Shown piece after piece: positions 55,989-64,000 of a stretch of DNA of 64,000 nucleotides. The position numbers and the translations under genes were made by a program. Each line of letters starts with the position of its first letter. Positions within the stretch are counted from its first letter, which is position 1. The notes under the pieces were generated by a model. The model saw only the letters and a program-made list of their open reading frames with translations, was not told the origin of the DNA and did no database searches. This DNA comes from an uncultured bacterium (lineage in GTDB: Bacteria > Patescibacteriota > Saccharimonadia > UBA4664 > SCTI01), in the NCBI GenBank assembly GCA_963721685.1, contig CAVRJJ010000005.1:167943-231942 (forward strand), in the 5' to 3' direction.

Positions 55989-56761
55989 ACAGCTATTTGC
56001 GAAGATACCTGCCGTTTGCCACGGTTTTACGGCGCGAGTGCCAACGGTTTTGGTCGATTCGCCGCCAAACCATTTTAGGGCCACTGTTGGAAACATACCT
56101 TTACATTAGTGTGTTTGGAGCCGCACTTGGCAGTCGGATTAACGAGCTCGAAGGCCATTCGTATATCGCCTTCATTATCCCTGGACTTTTGCTGATGGCG
56201 GTGGCGATTAACGCTTTTTCTAATAACTCGTCCTCACTGTTGCAACAAAAACTGCAGCGGGCGATTGACGACCAGCTGGCCTCACCGGTTTCGAACCGGG
56301 CGCTATTAAGCGCCTTTACGTTAGGCGGTTTTATCCGGGGGATACTGATCGCGACCATTACCTTTATAACAGCCTCGTTTTTGGTGGATTTGCCGGTGGC
56401 GCACCCTTTGTTGTTAATAAGTAGCTTAGTGATCTGCGGCCTTTTTTTTGCTTCACTCGGTGTGCTGGTTGGCTTGCGCGGAGAAACCTTTGATAACATC
56501 AGCTTCTATCAGACCTTTGTTTTGCAGCCGCTCATTTTCCTGGGGGGTATTTTTTACTCAGTAAAGTTACTTCCGGAGCCGTTTAAAACCCTTACCCATT
56601 TCGACCCGATGCTGTATATGATTAACACCGTGCGTTATGGCATGCTGGGTAGCGCTGATGTTAACCCTTACCTCTCCCTGCTTGTCATTTCGATTGCCAC
56701 AGCCGCCCTGATTGGCCTGAATATGCACCTGTTTAAGAAGGGTTACCGACTGCGTAGCTAA
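55985..56761 (+). CDS. ABC-2 family transporter permease
   Basis: Six-transmembrane permease translationally coupled (ATGA overlap) to the ATPase. Confidence 0.8.
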   Translation: MNSYLRRYLPFATVLRRECQRFWSIRRQTILGPLLETYLYISVFGAALGSRINELEGHSYIAFIIPGLLLMAVAINAFSNNSSSLLQQKLQRAIDDQLASPVSNRALLSAFTLGGFIRGILIATITFITASFLVDLPVAHPLLLISSLVICGLFFASLGVLVGLRGETFDNISFYQTFVLQPLIFLGGIFYSVKLLPEPFKTLTHFDPMLYMINTVRYGMLGSADVNPYLSLLVISIATAALIGLNMHLFKKGYRLRS

Positions 56762-56881
56762 AAAAGCATTACCATAAACTGGTTGACAGAGTAAAGCAAT
56801 TATTTGATTATTAAGCAGCAGATGTAGGTGCCTTACTGTCTAACAAGGAGGTTTACCGCATTTGAGCTAGGTTCCCAACAT

Positions 56882-57075
56882 AAAGGAGGTTGCACATCGC
56901 AATCTCACTCGTAGAGCGCGACGTTGATCGCGGCTACGTCCACACGTCACGCGAAGCGCTTCGCACCAACGCTGGAGTCATTGTCGGCTTCACCAGCGTT
57001 GTCGCTAAGCGCGACGATACGTGCTGCGACGTCCGCATCACCGTTCCCCGCTCTGTCGAGCGCAAGCTCGACTAA
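56882..57075 (+). other. Perfect SD (AAAGGAGGT) followed by a GC-rich 61-codon ORF with TTG (spacing 0) or ATC (spacing 6) start; candidate small protein or structured RNA
   Basis: See findings. Composition deviates from neighbours. Internal direct repeat, a GNRA hairpin at the ORF end and a 14-nt palindrome. Confidence 0.25.
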
Positions 57076-57200
57076 GACAACAATGGTCGAGGGCCTTAAC
57101 GGGGGTTCACCCTCAGACCATCCGCGGGTCCAGTCAAATAGAGAAATATCATGGTCCGCGAGGATCATCGGTTACTCTCTGGGTTCCATGTCTCGCTGAA

Positions 57201-57226
57201 GCGTCCCGCTTCGGCGGGGCGTTTTA
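57201..57226 (+). terminator. Rho-independent terminator with UUCG tetraloop
   Basis: GCGTCCCGC TTCG GCGGGGCG TTTT. It sits between the convergent ABC operon/small-ORF region and the NUDIX gene. Confidence 0.7.
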
Positions 57227-57230
57227 GTAT

Positions 57231-57842
57231 CTAATTGCTGGAGGCCGAATATTCCGGCAGCGCCAGCAACTCATCGATGGTCCCAACGCTAGATAATATC
57301 TCCTTAGGCAGATAGCGCGTAGTAGGTTTGCCAAGCATATTCTTAACTTCGTCTAGAGACTTTAAATGAACGGTAATTTTTTCTCCCCCGTCAGGTTTTG
57401 GCTCGGTTTGAGAATCAAATTCATGCGCCAGAAAAAGGTAGGCCAGGTGGTCCGTCTTGCTCTGCGGCTGGATTGCCCGCAGTAAGTGCCAGTTTTTGAA
57501 AGACAAGCCGGTTTCTTCTCGCAGTTCGCGTTGGATGGCCTGGAGCTCGGTTTCTTCTTCATGGTCATGCCGCCCGCCGGGTATATCAAAAAACTTACCG
57601 TGAAAAGGCTGTTCCTCCTCTAAGATAACTATCTTATCGTCTTTTACGGCAATAACTTTCACCGTGTCAGGACGCTTAATCATCTCAAAGGTCGCGTGGG
57701 AGCCATCAAACAATTTCTGCTGCCATTGGTATACATCGTAAATCTCTCCCTTAAACACTCGTTCGGCTTGCGGGGGGAGCAGTTTTGCTTCGGGCGGAAT
57801 TACTTCGCGCATTGCTACTGCGATCGAGCTTTCCGCACCCAA
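57231..57842 (-). CDS. NUDIX hydrolase
   Basis: Nudix box GGRHDHEEETELQAIQRELREETGL. Confidence 0.85.
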   Translation of the reverse strand: MGAESSIAVAMREVIPPEAKLLPPQAERVFKGEIYDVYQWQQKLFDGSHATFEMIKRPDTVKVIAVKDDKIVILEEEQPFHGKFFDIPGGRHDHEEETELQAIQRELREETGLSFKNWHLLRAIQPQSKTDHLAYLFLAHEFDSQTEPKPDGGEKITVHLKSLDEVKNMLGKPTTRYLPKEILSSVGTIDELLALPEYSASSN

Positions 57843-58030
57843 ATGTAAAGGATAAGAATTGAAATTGCCAAGACCACTCCCATGCTAATAAAAATTTCTT
57901 TGGATGGAATTGGGGGCTGGGACGCGGTCGGCTTACCGGAAAGGGTACCGGTGGTTTGCTGGCCAGGGTTGGTTGCGGGGGGAATCTCTTGAGTTGTTTT
58001 GATTTCTTGGGTGTCAGTCGTGGGTGTCAT
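57815..58030 (-). CDS. Small Thr/Pro-rich protein with C-terminal transmembrane helix
   Basis: 71 aa. The stop overlaps the NUDIX start. Low-complexity N-terminus, single transmembrane helix; weak evidence. Confidence 0.3.
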   Translation of the reverse strand: MTPTTDTQEIKTTQEIPPATNPGQQTTGTLSGKPTASQPPIPSKEIFISMGVVLAISILILYIWVRKARSQ

Positions 58031-58037
58031 TGCTTAA

Positions 58038-58580
58038 TTATACACCGTTATTCTTCACTAGACGGATCATCTGAATCGAGGGAATTCGCTTGCCGTTGGG
58101 GAGGATTGAATCCTTGTCGGGGTTGGGACCCACAATGGTAAAACCCCAGCTTTCATAAAAATGTATAGCTTTTTGGTTATAGGCAGCCACATCTAAGGTA
58201 ATATCGAGCTCACTTCCCAGCCATTCCATCGCGGTCGCCATCAACTGGGCACCCACTCCTTTTCTTTGGTAGCTAGGCAGAACATACAAAGCCCCAAGAT
58301 ATGGCAAACCGTCCTTTTTTAGTCCAACCGCCCAGCCGACAACTTTATCCCCGCCTACGGCAATCCACTCCCGCGCACTATCGGAAGCAGATTCTAACCG
58401 CGATCGTTTGCGCTGAATCCCTTCAGCACTATTGATGGGAAACTTTTCTTCTATGTCGGCCTTTGTAATGCCATATTCGGGATTAGGGTAGGTGGCCAGC
58501 CAGGTTTGACGCTGAAGGGTATAGATTCCTGGCGCATCATCTGGTGTGGCGATTGCAACACGCATGTCAGCAGCCGGCAT
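58038..58580 (-). CDS. GNAT family N-acetyltransferase
   Basis: Acetyl-CoA motif QRKGVGAQLMATAMEW. Confidence 0.8.
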   Translation of the reverse strand: MPAADMRVAIATPDDAPGIYTLQRQTWLATYPNPEYGITKADIEEKFPINSAEGIQRKRSRLESASDSAREWIAVGGDKVVGWAVGLKKDGLPYLGALYVLPSYQRKGVGAQLMATAMEWLGSELDITLDVAAYNQKAIHFYESWGFTIVGPNPDKDSILPNGKRIPSIQMIRLVKNNGV

Positions 58581-58585
58581 GATTT

Positions 58586-59386
58586 TTAGGCCAATACTAA
58601 TAAAATGACGACCGCTAAACCAATCCGGTACCAGCCAAAGGGAGTAAAGGTATTCGTCTGCACTAATTTAAGCAGCCATTTAATGGCAATAACCGCGGCG
58701 AAAAACGAGGTAATAAAGCCCACCGCGAAGAGTGGAAGGTCGCTGAGCCGGAGAATGTCTAGGTTCTTTATGAGGTCGTAGCCGGTAGCGGCCAACATTA
58801 CCGGCACGGCCGCTAAAAAGGAGTATTCCACTGCCGTCTTACGGTCGAGACCGCTGATCATGCCACCGATAATGGTAGCGCCGGCCCGGGACACACCGGG
58901 CCATAGCGCCAGTACTTGAAACAAGCCGATCGCGGCGGCTTGGCGAAAGTTAATGTGGTCGAGCCCTTTTTCCTTACCCGGTTTGTAAAAGCGTTCAAAC
59001 AAGATAATGGCGATACCACCGATGCCGAGCGCCAACGCCACGGTGAAAGGGGTGAATAATGAACTTTTAATGAAGTCATGAAGTAAAAAACCGAAAACGA
59101 GGGCCGGAAGGGTAGTTATCGCCAGCATCATAATGCCGCGACGACCCCGAAGACCAGATGCCGAAGAACTGAAGCTGAGCAGGGCGAGAAAGCGTTTGCG
59201 GTAAATCCAGGCAACCGCCAAAATCGCCCCCAACTGGATAAACACTTCAAAGGTAGCGGCTTTTTGGCCGGTAAAGCCCAGCAAATGGCCAACCACTATT
59301 AGATGGCCGGTAGAGGAGACTGGCAAAAATTCGGTAAGCCCTTCTACGATTCCTAGGATAATGGCGTCAACAAGCAACGAAAACAT
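58586..59386 (-). CDS. uppP: Undecaprenyl-diphosphate phosphatase
   Basis: N-terminal GIVEGLTEFLPVSSTGHL BacA/UppP motif, 8 transmembrane helices. Confidence 0.9.
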   Translation of the reverse strand: MFSLLVDAIILGIVEGLTEFLPVSSTGHLIVVGHLLGFTGQKAATFEVFIQLGAILAVAWIYRKRFLALLSFSSSASGLRGRRGIMMLAITTLPALVFGFLLHDFIKSSLFTPFTVALALGIGGIAIILFERFYKPGKEKGLDHINFRQAAAIGLFQVLALWPGVSRAGATIIGGMISGLDRKTAVEYSFLAAVPVMLAATGYDLIKNLDILRLSDLPLFAVGFITSFFAAVIAIKWLLKLVQTNTFTPFGWYRIGLAVVILLVLA

Positions 59387-59420
59387 ATTCCTAGCTTATA
59401 CCATTTGCTATTATGGCGAC

Positions 59421-60935
59421 ATGAGCAAGCAACAGCGTCTCGTCCTTATTGTGAGCATTATGGCCTCATTCGTCGCGTTTTTGGATATCGCGGTGGTGAA
59501 TGTGGCCTTGCCGGCGATCCAACGTGAGCTGGGGGGCGGCCTGGCGATCCAGCAATGGGTGGTAGATGCCTATCTGATAACCCTTGGTTCATTAATATTG
59601 GTAGCCGGGTCGCTTTCCGACCTTTTTGGGAGAAAGAAAATCTTGGCCGCCGGCCTGATTGGCTTCGCGGTGACTTCAATTATGTGCGCGGCAGCTCCTA
59701 CCGGCGAATTCTTAATTATTTCCCGTGCTCTCCAAGGTATCGCTGGCGCGCTTATTGTCCCCAGTTCGCTGGCACTCATTATTTCCAGTTTTTCCGGCCC
59801 GGCCCAAGGCAAAGCAATAGGGAGTTGGACGGCCTGGACCGGCATATCCTTTGTTATTGGGCCGTTAGTCGGCGGAATATTGGTTGATAGCGTTTCTTGG
59901 CGGTTGGTTTTTGCGATTAACGTTATTCCCATCGCGGTAACACTGCTCATTATGAGGGGCATAAAGCTGGCGGAAGTGGTGCGGGAGAACGTTAAAGTTG
60001 ATATTATCGGCGCTTTGCTTTGCGCGGTAGGGTTGGGCGCTACGGTTTACGCGCTAATTGAGCAGCCGCATTATAGCTGGAGCCATCCATTAATATATCT
60101 CACTCTAAGCGCTGGCTTGGCGGCGCTGGCGGTTTTCTTTTGGTACGAAAGCCGCACACGCCATCCCATGTTGCCACTATCGCTGTTTAAAGTCCGCAAC
60201 TTTAGTGCCGGGAACGTGGCGACTTTCGCTATTTACGCTGGCTTGTCGGTAGCAACCTTTCTAATTACCGTTTTTGTCCAGCAAGTTGGTGGCTATTCGG
60301 CATTAGCGGCGGGGATGACCTTGCTGCCGATAACCATCCTCTTGTTTGTGCTCTCGTCCCGTTTTGGAGCGCTGGCAGGGAGGTACGGCCCACGGCTGTT
60401 TATGACGCTTGGGCCAATTATCTCTGGGTTGGGTTTTTTGTTATTGCTTGGCGTTAACCCGGAGCTTAATTATTGGACCCAACTGTTTCCGGCAATTATG
60501 ATCTTTAGCTTGGGCCTTGCTATGACCGTCGCGCCGTTAACTACGGCAGTCCTCGCCGATATCGATAGCAGGCAAGCCGGTGTGGGATCAGCTATTAATA
60601 ACGCGGTAGCCCGGATCGCGGGGTTGCTGGCGATAGCGGCGGTCGGGGCGATAGTGGCGACCCAATTTAACGCGGGTATAAATCAGGAAATAGCTCGTTC
60701 ACAGGTAAGCGCCCAGACGCAAAGTGCCTTATTGGAAGCCCCGGTTTTTGAAGTTAAGGCGGCGGAAGGCCTTGGCGGCAGCGCTAAAGAGGCTCAAGAA
60801 ATCCTGTACAGCGCCTCGTTTTCAGCGTTTAAAAGCGGTGTCTGGTTGATGTCACTGCTGCTAATTGCCGGCGGACTGATTTCGGCGGTTGGGATTCGTA
60901 ACCCTAAACCGCGACAGGATATACTCAAGACATGA
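59421..60935 (+). CDS. MFS transporter, DHA2 (EmrB/QacA, 14-TMS) family
   Basis: Motif A region ...GSLSDLFGRKKIL, 14 predicted transmembrane helices. Start at MSKQQ (the track ATG at 59361 overlaps the uppP start). Confidence 0.85.
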   Translation: MSKQQRLVLIVSIMASFVAFLDIAVVNVALPAIQRELGGGLAIQQWVVDAYLITLGSLILVAGSLSDLFGRKKILAAGLIGFAVTSIMCAAAPTGEFLIISRALQGIAGALIVPSSLALIISSFSGPAQGKAIGSWTAWTGISFVIGPLVGGILVDSVSWRLVFAINVIPIAVTLLIMRGIKLAEVVRENVKVDIIGALLCAVGLGATVYALIEQPHYSWSHPLIYLTLSAGLAALAVFFWYESRTRHPMLPLSLFKVRNFSAGNVATFAIYAGLSVATFLITVFVQQVGGYSALAAGMTLLPITILLFVLSSRFGALAGRYGPRLFMTLGPIISGLGFLLLLGVNPELNYWTQLFPAIMIFSLGLAMTVAPLTTAVLADIDSRQAGVGSAINNAVARIAGLLAIAAVGAIVATQFNAGINQEIARSQVSAQTQSALLEAPVFEVKAAEGLGGSAKEAQEILYSASFSAFKSGVWLMSLLLIAGGLISAVGIRNPKPRQDILKT

Positions 60936-61507
60936 AAATAGTTATTTTTCATGCTATCCAAAGCTATCCCGGCGACCACTGGCAGCGGTGGCTGCATGAC
61001 GAGCTTAAAGAAGAAGGTCTGGAGGTGGTAATGCCCGCCTTGAGCAACCCCGACCATCCGGACCGGTCGCAGTGGCTGGCTGATGCAACAGAAGCGATTG
61101 GGGCGGTAAACGCCGCCGAACTTATTTTAGTAGGCCACTCACTTGGTGTTACGACAGCGCTTGATTACCTCGAGCAAACCGACCAATCCGTTCGCGGACT
61201 GGTATCGGTAGCGGGTTTTTACCAAGATTACGGCTCAGAATTAAACAACTACTTTTTAGCGGAAAAGCCAGTAGACATGCAATCGGTCCGGCATCATGTA
61301 ACCAACGCCTTTGTCTTTTACGGCGACAACGACCCATACGTCCCCCAAGAAGTATTGCGCTCTATGGCAGACGGGTTGTTGGTTGACCCGGTTGTCATAC
61401 CCGATGGGGGCCACCTTAATACCGAGTCCGGCTACACTAGCTTCCCGCAATTGTTTGAAACCATTATGAGCCTTATTGATACTCCCAGCTTGGATTTGCC
61501 AATTTAG
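60932..61507 (+). CDS. Alpha/beta hydrolase (RBBP9/YdeN-like serine hydrolase)
   Basis: Nucleophile elbow LVGHSLGV, about 190 aa. Confidence 0.65.
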   Translation: MKIVIFHAIQSYPGDHWQRWLHDELKEEGLEVVMPALSNPDHPDRSQWLADATEAIGAVNAAELILVGHSLGVTTALDYLEQTDQSVRGLVSVAGFYQDYGSELNNYFLAEKPVDMQSVRHHVTNAFVFYGDNDPYVPQEVLRSMADGLLVDPVVIPDGGHLNTESGYTSFPQLFETIMSLIDTPSLDLPI

Positions 61508-62028
61508 TGGAAACCATTATATTGGGGGGTGGTTGCCACTGGTGTTTTGAAGCGGCCTATCAAACCTTAAAAGGTATAACCAAAACCGAAGTCGGTTATG
61601 CTGGCGGCTCGGTGCCTAATCCGAGCTACGAGGCGGTCTACAGCGGTAAGACCGGACACGCCGAAGTAGCGCAAATTACTTTTGACCCTCACATTATTAG
61701 CCTTGATGATATCTTGAGCGTCTTTTGGACGGTTCATGATCCGACGACTTTCAACCGTCAAGATTATGATGTTGGCACAGCGTACCGCTCAATTATTCTC
61801 TACAACTCCGACGAACAACGAAAAGTGGCAGAGCGATCAAAGCAAAAGGCTGCTGGGCTGTGGAAGGACAAAATCGTGACCGAAATAGTACCGTTTACTA
61901 CGTTTTACCGTGCAGATGAGCACCACCAGAACTTCTACCGGAAGAACCCTGAAGCCCGTTACTGCCAGCTCATTATTAACCCCAAGCTGGACAAGCTGCG
62001 CCAAAAATTCGCTGACAAGCTTAGGTGA
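61507..62028 (+). CDS. msrA: Peptide-methionine (S)-S-oxide reductase
   Basis: N-terminal GGGCHWCFEA (a variant of the GCFWG/C active-site motif) and overall MsrA length. Confidence 0.8.
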   Translation: METIILGGGCHWCFEAAYQTLKGITKTEVGYAGGSVPNPSYEAVYSGKTGHAEVAQITFDPHIISLDDILSVFWTVHDPTTFNRQDYDVGTAYRSIILYNSDEQRKVAERSKQKAAGLWKDKIVTEIVPFTTFYRADEHHQNFYRKNPEARYCQLIINPKLDKLRQKFADKLR

Positions 62029-62044
62029 AGGGTATAATGCGGAC

Positions 62045-62725
62045 ATGAGTACACCTGTTAAGCTGATAGCCTTTGACTGCTGGGGCACTCTTTTTACCAA
62101 TGCCCAGAAACCGCACCCGTTCGCGTTGTTTGCCCAGCGGATTGGAAAGAGTTTGGCCGACCGCCGCTACGTGGCATTATTTGAGCAAAGCTTAATGACA
62201 GAAGTGTACCCGGACTTACAACTGCCAATTAAACAGCTGCTTGATAGTCTTGTCATTACCTCCACGCCCAAGCTTGTGTCGGACCTGGAGACGATCTTAC
62301 TTGAATCGACCAGGTTTCATGTGGCTTTCCCCGAAACGCTTACGGCTTTAGAGCAGCTCTCTGAAAAGTATCGGTTAGCGATGATCACCAACACCTTTCA
62401 GCAAGGTTTTAAAAAGCTTACCGACGTATTTCCTATCCATAATTACTTTGAAATTGTGATTACGTCGTATGAAGAACATTTTGTGAAACCCGATACGCAT
62501 TTGTTTTACACACTGTTCCAGCGCGCCGGGCTTAAGCCTGAAGAAATTTTGTATGTTGGTGACAGCGTTCGCAGCGACATGGATCCCGCCAAACGGCTAG
62601 GCATGCAAACGATGCTTATAGACCGGCGCAAACGTTATCCTCGGTATCCCCGCCGTATAGCCAGCCTTACGGAGCTGGCAAAAACGGCGTTACAGCCAGC
62701 CGCGGCGGTTAAACAACCAGATTAA
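62045..62725 (+). CDS. HAD-superfamily hydrolase
   Basis: Motif I IAFDCWGTLF, motif III-like VGDSVRSD. Start at MSTPVK (the track's 61910 start overlaps msrA). Confidence 0.7.
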   Translation: MSTPVKLIAFDCWGTLFTNAQKPHPFALFAQRIGKSLADRRYVALFEQSLMTEVYPDLQLPIKQLLDSLVITSTPKLVSDLETILLESTRFHVAFPETLTALEQLSEKYRLAMITNTFQQGFKKLTDVFPIHNYFEIVITSYEEHFVKPDTHLFYTLFQRAGLKPEEILYVGDSVRSDMDPAKRLGMQTMLIDRRKRYPRYPRRIASLTELAKTALQPAAAVKQPD

Positions 62726-63619
62726 GTAGCTGCACAGGCCAAGCGTTGCAAGGACAATCGCCGGGAACGCCCAAGGATAATCTTGCAAAGGTATGGGAAC
62801 GTTCATGCCAAAGAATCCGGCTATGACATTGGGAACCATTAAAATAATGGTCAGTGAAGTGAGCAACTTAATCTGGCGGTTTAGGTTGTTGGTCATAATA
62901 TTTGAATAGGCTTCACGGATGTTCACAATGGTTTTCAAATTACTTTTGCTGGATTCTATTGATTGGCGAGTTCCTAGCACGAGATCTTCAATAATATCGC
63001 GGTCTTCTTCGTAAAATGACAAGCTATGCTTTCCCGCCAGCAGGTTGGTTAGCATATTATTAGTTGGCATTAGTTCAGATAAATAATCGTTGAGCACGTC
63101 TTCAATTACCACAAATTGTACGAAATTACGATTACTAATGGAGGTGACGTTTAGCCCTGCCCGTGCGCCGCGGATCTGGCGGTTTATGGTATTTAAACCA
63201 ATGTTATAAGTATTGGTAATGTGCCGCATGACTTGCAAGAACAGCTTTGCCCGCTGGGTGGTGAAGACCTCAAGTTTACCTTTGGTAAATAATTCCAGGT
63301 TAGGGAACGGTTGTGGAGCAATTGTTATGAAAGCTTTTGGCCCAACAATTAATGCAACTGGAGCGGTAAATAGGCGCCCGTCATTGTTGTAGGTATAACG
63401 CATGAAGACATAGGTAGTATCGCCCTCGGTTTCTAGCCGGGGCATCTCATCCGGGTCAAGGGCATCGCGCACATGGCCGGCGTCCAGGTTAAACTTGGCA
63501 ATGACTTGCGCTAGCTCTTCCTCGGTGGGGCTTTGCATATGGATCCACGAGCCGGTGCGGAACTTATCTACTTTGATCAGCTTAGGGTCTTTAATGTTGC
63601 GGTAATAGGTGGTAATCAT
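62690..63619 (-). CDS. corA: Magnesium/cobalt transporter CorA
   Basis: C-terminal two transmembrane helices with the GMN motif (FFGMNVPIP). Confidence 0.85.
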   Translation of the reverse strand: MITTYYRNIKDPKLIKVDKFRTGSWIHMQSPTEEELAQVIAKFNLDAGHVRDALDPDEMPRLETEGDTTYVFMRYTYNNDGRLFTAPVALIVGPKAFITIAPQPFPNLELFTKGKLEVFTTQRAKLFLQVMRHITNTYNIGLNTINRQIRGARAGLNVTSISNRNFVQFVVIEDVLNDYLSELMPTNNMLTNLLAGKHSLSFYEEDRDIIEDLVLGTRQSIESSKSNLKTIVNIREAYSNIMTNNLNRQIKLLTSLTIILMVPNVIAGFFGMNVPIPLQDYPWAFPAIVLATLGLCSYLIWLFNRRGWL

Positions 63620-63681
63620 TTCTTAATGGTATCAGAAGTGCACCCCTCAGGGGTAGCTAGGGCTTCTGGTATGCTGAAGCA

Positions 63682-64000
63682 ATGGTATTCTTCATAATTT
63701 TTGTGCTCATAGCAGCAGGCGTACTTTTGGTTGTAGCGGTTGAAGTTTGGCTTGCGGCGCGGAACCTCCCTCCCGCTTATGTAAACCCGGCTCCAGAGCT
63801 GCAGCGGTTTGGAACAAACGGCACAAAGCTGAAGTACTTGGTACTAGGCGACAGCACGGCGGCCGGAGCAGGGGCGGCCTACAGAGATGGCATCGCGGTA
63901 GGGTCCGCGCAACGTTTAGCAAAAAACTACCGGGTTGAATTGGTTAACGCCGCGGTTTCCGGTGCCAAGGCGGTTGATATTGAAACAACCCAGCTTGGGC
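63682..64000 (+). CDS. SGNH/GDSL hydrolase-family protein, 3'-truncated by the window edge
   Basis: Not in the ORF track (no stop within the window). ATG at 63682, N-terminal transmembrane helix, then KYLVLGDSTAAGAGA (GDS block). Confidence 0.55.
   Translation, partial: MVFFIIFVLIAAGVLLVVAVEVWLAARNLPPAYVNPAPELQRFGTNGTKLKYLVLGDSTAAGAGAAYRDGIAVGSAQRLAKNYRVELVNAAVSGAKAVDIETTQLG

Noticed and set aside
56924-57199. 91-aa plus-strand ORF and 73-aa minus-strand ORF (56947..57168) in the GC-rich gap
   Set aside because: Both are low-complexity Ala/Ser/Arg-rich translations typical of out-of-frame reading of GC-rich DNA. They lack RBS-start pairs. Only the frame behind the perfect SD is discussed as a candidate.
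56762-57230. tmRNA, RNase P RNA or SRP RNA in the 470-bp gap
   Set aside because: None of the conserved blocks could be found on either strand by eye: no tmRNA 3' tRNA-like end (...TCCACCA), no RNase P P4 sequences (AGGAAAGTCCGGGCTCC / ACAGAAACCGGCTTA) and no SRP domain IV (GGTCCGGAAGGAAGCAGC). The region is left as an unclassified candidate rather than called.
1-64000. CRISPR array, rRNA genes, transposase or integrase genes
   Set aside because: No short regularly spaced repeats were seen. No 16S/23S/5S-like segments were seen. No DDE transposase or tyrosine/serine recombinase motifs were seen in any sizeable ORF. The repeated motifs that exist are irregularly spaced (630 to 2530 bp) and sit at gene boundaries.

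Overview
This 64 kb window looks like a compact, Gram-positive-type small genome (GC about 50%, tightly packed and overlapping genes). It may be a Patescibacteria/Saccharibacteria-like bacterium, but that is a low-confidence guess. Four blocks are visible. (1) The replication-origin neighbourhood is complete: recF-dnaN-dnaA on the minus strand, DnaA-box clusters on both sides of dnaA, and the divergent rpmH-rnpA-yidC-jag operon behind a near-consensus sigma70 promoter. A DUF721/DciA-like gene follows recF, and yidC carries an apparent frameshift. (2) A cell-surface glycan locus of about 16 kb sits on the minus strand. It holds seven GT1/GT2 glycosyltransferases, a PMT-family GT-C, a Wzy/O-antigen-ligase-like protein, a Wzx flippase, a DegT aminotransferase, and gmd, rmd and fcl (GDP-mannose to GDP-D-rhamnose and GDP-L-fucose). 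It is followed by galE, manC, manB, glmS, a VanW protein and a secreted protein of repeated four-Trp domains. (3) lexA is followed by tRNA-Asn(GUU) and then about 16 kb of accessory DNA. The first roughly 9 kb is punctuated by at least eight copies of a motif that begins with the tRNA 3' end (GGAGCCA) fused to TTGCACTTATG, each lying at a cassette boundary. One copy retains 19 nt of the tRNA 3' half, and a 90 bp imperfect direct repeat brackets a GAF gene. No integrase is visible. The cassettes carry a wHTH-GHKL ATPase-STAS (DUF4325) protein bracketed by GACATA 32-bp iterons, an APH-family kinase, a methyltransferase, pilin-like proteins, an HExxH protein, an M23 peptidase fused to FG-GAP repeats, and a second repeat-domain surface protein containing a perfect 405 bp tandem duplication. 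(4) The last block is core metabolism and housekeeping: fbp, eukaryotic-type class I fba, nadR-like, an ABC-2 exporter, NUDIX, GNAT, uppP, an MFS transporter, msrA, a HAD hydrolase, corA and an SGNH hydrolase. Between the ABC exporter and NUDIX lies an unexplained 470 bp GC-rich gap with a perfect Shine-Dalgarno sequence. The most interesting candidate is the tRNA-Asn-anchored array of att-like repeats that delimit gene cassettes without an integrase.
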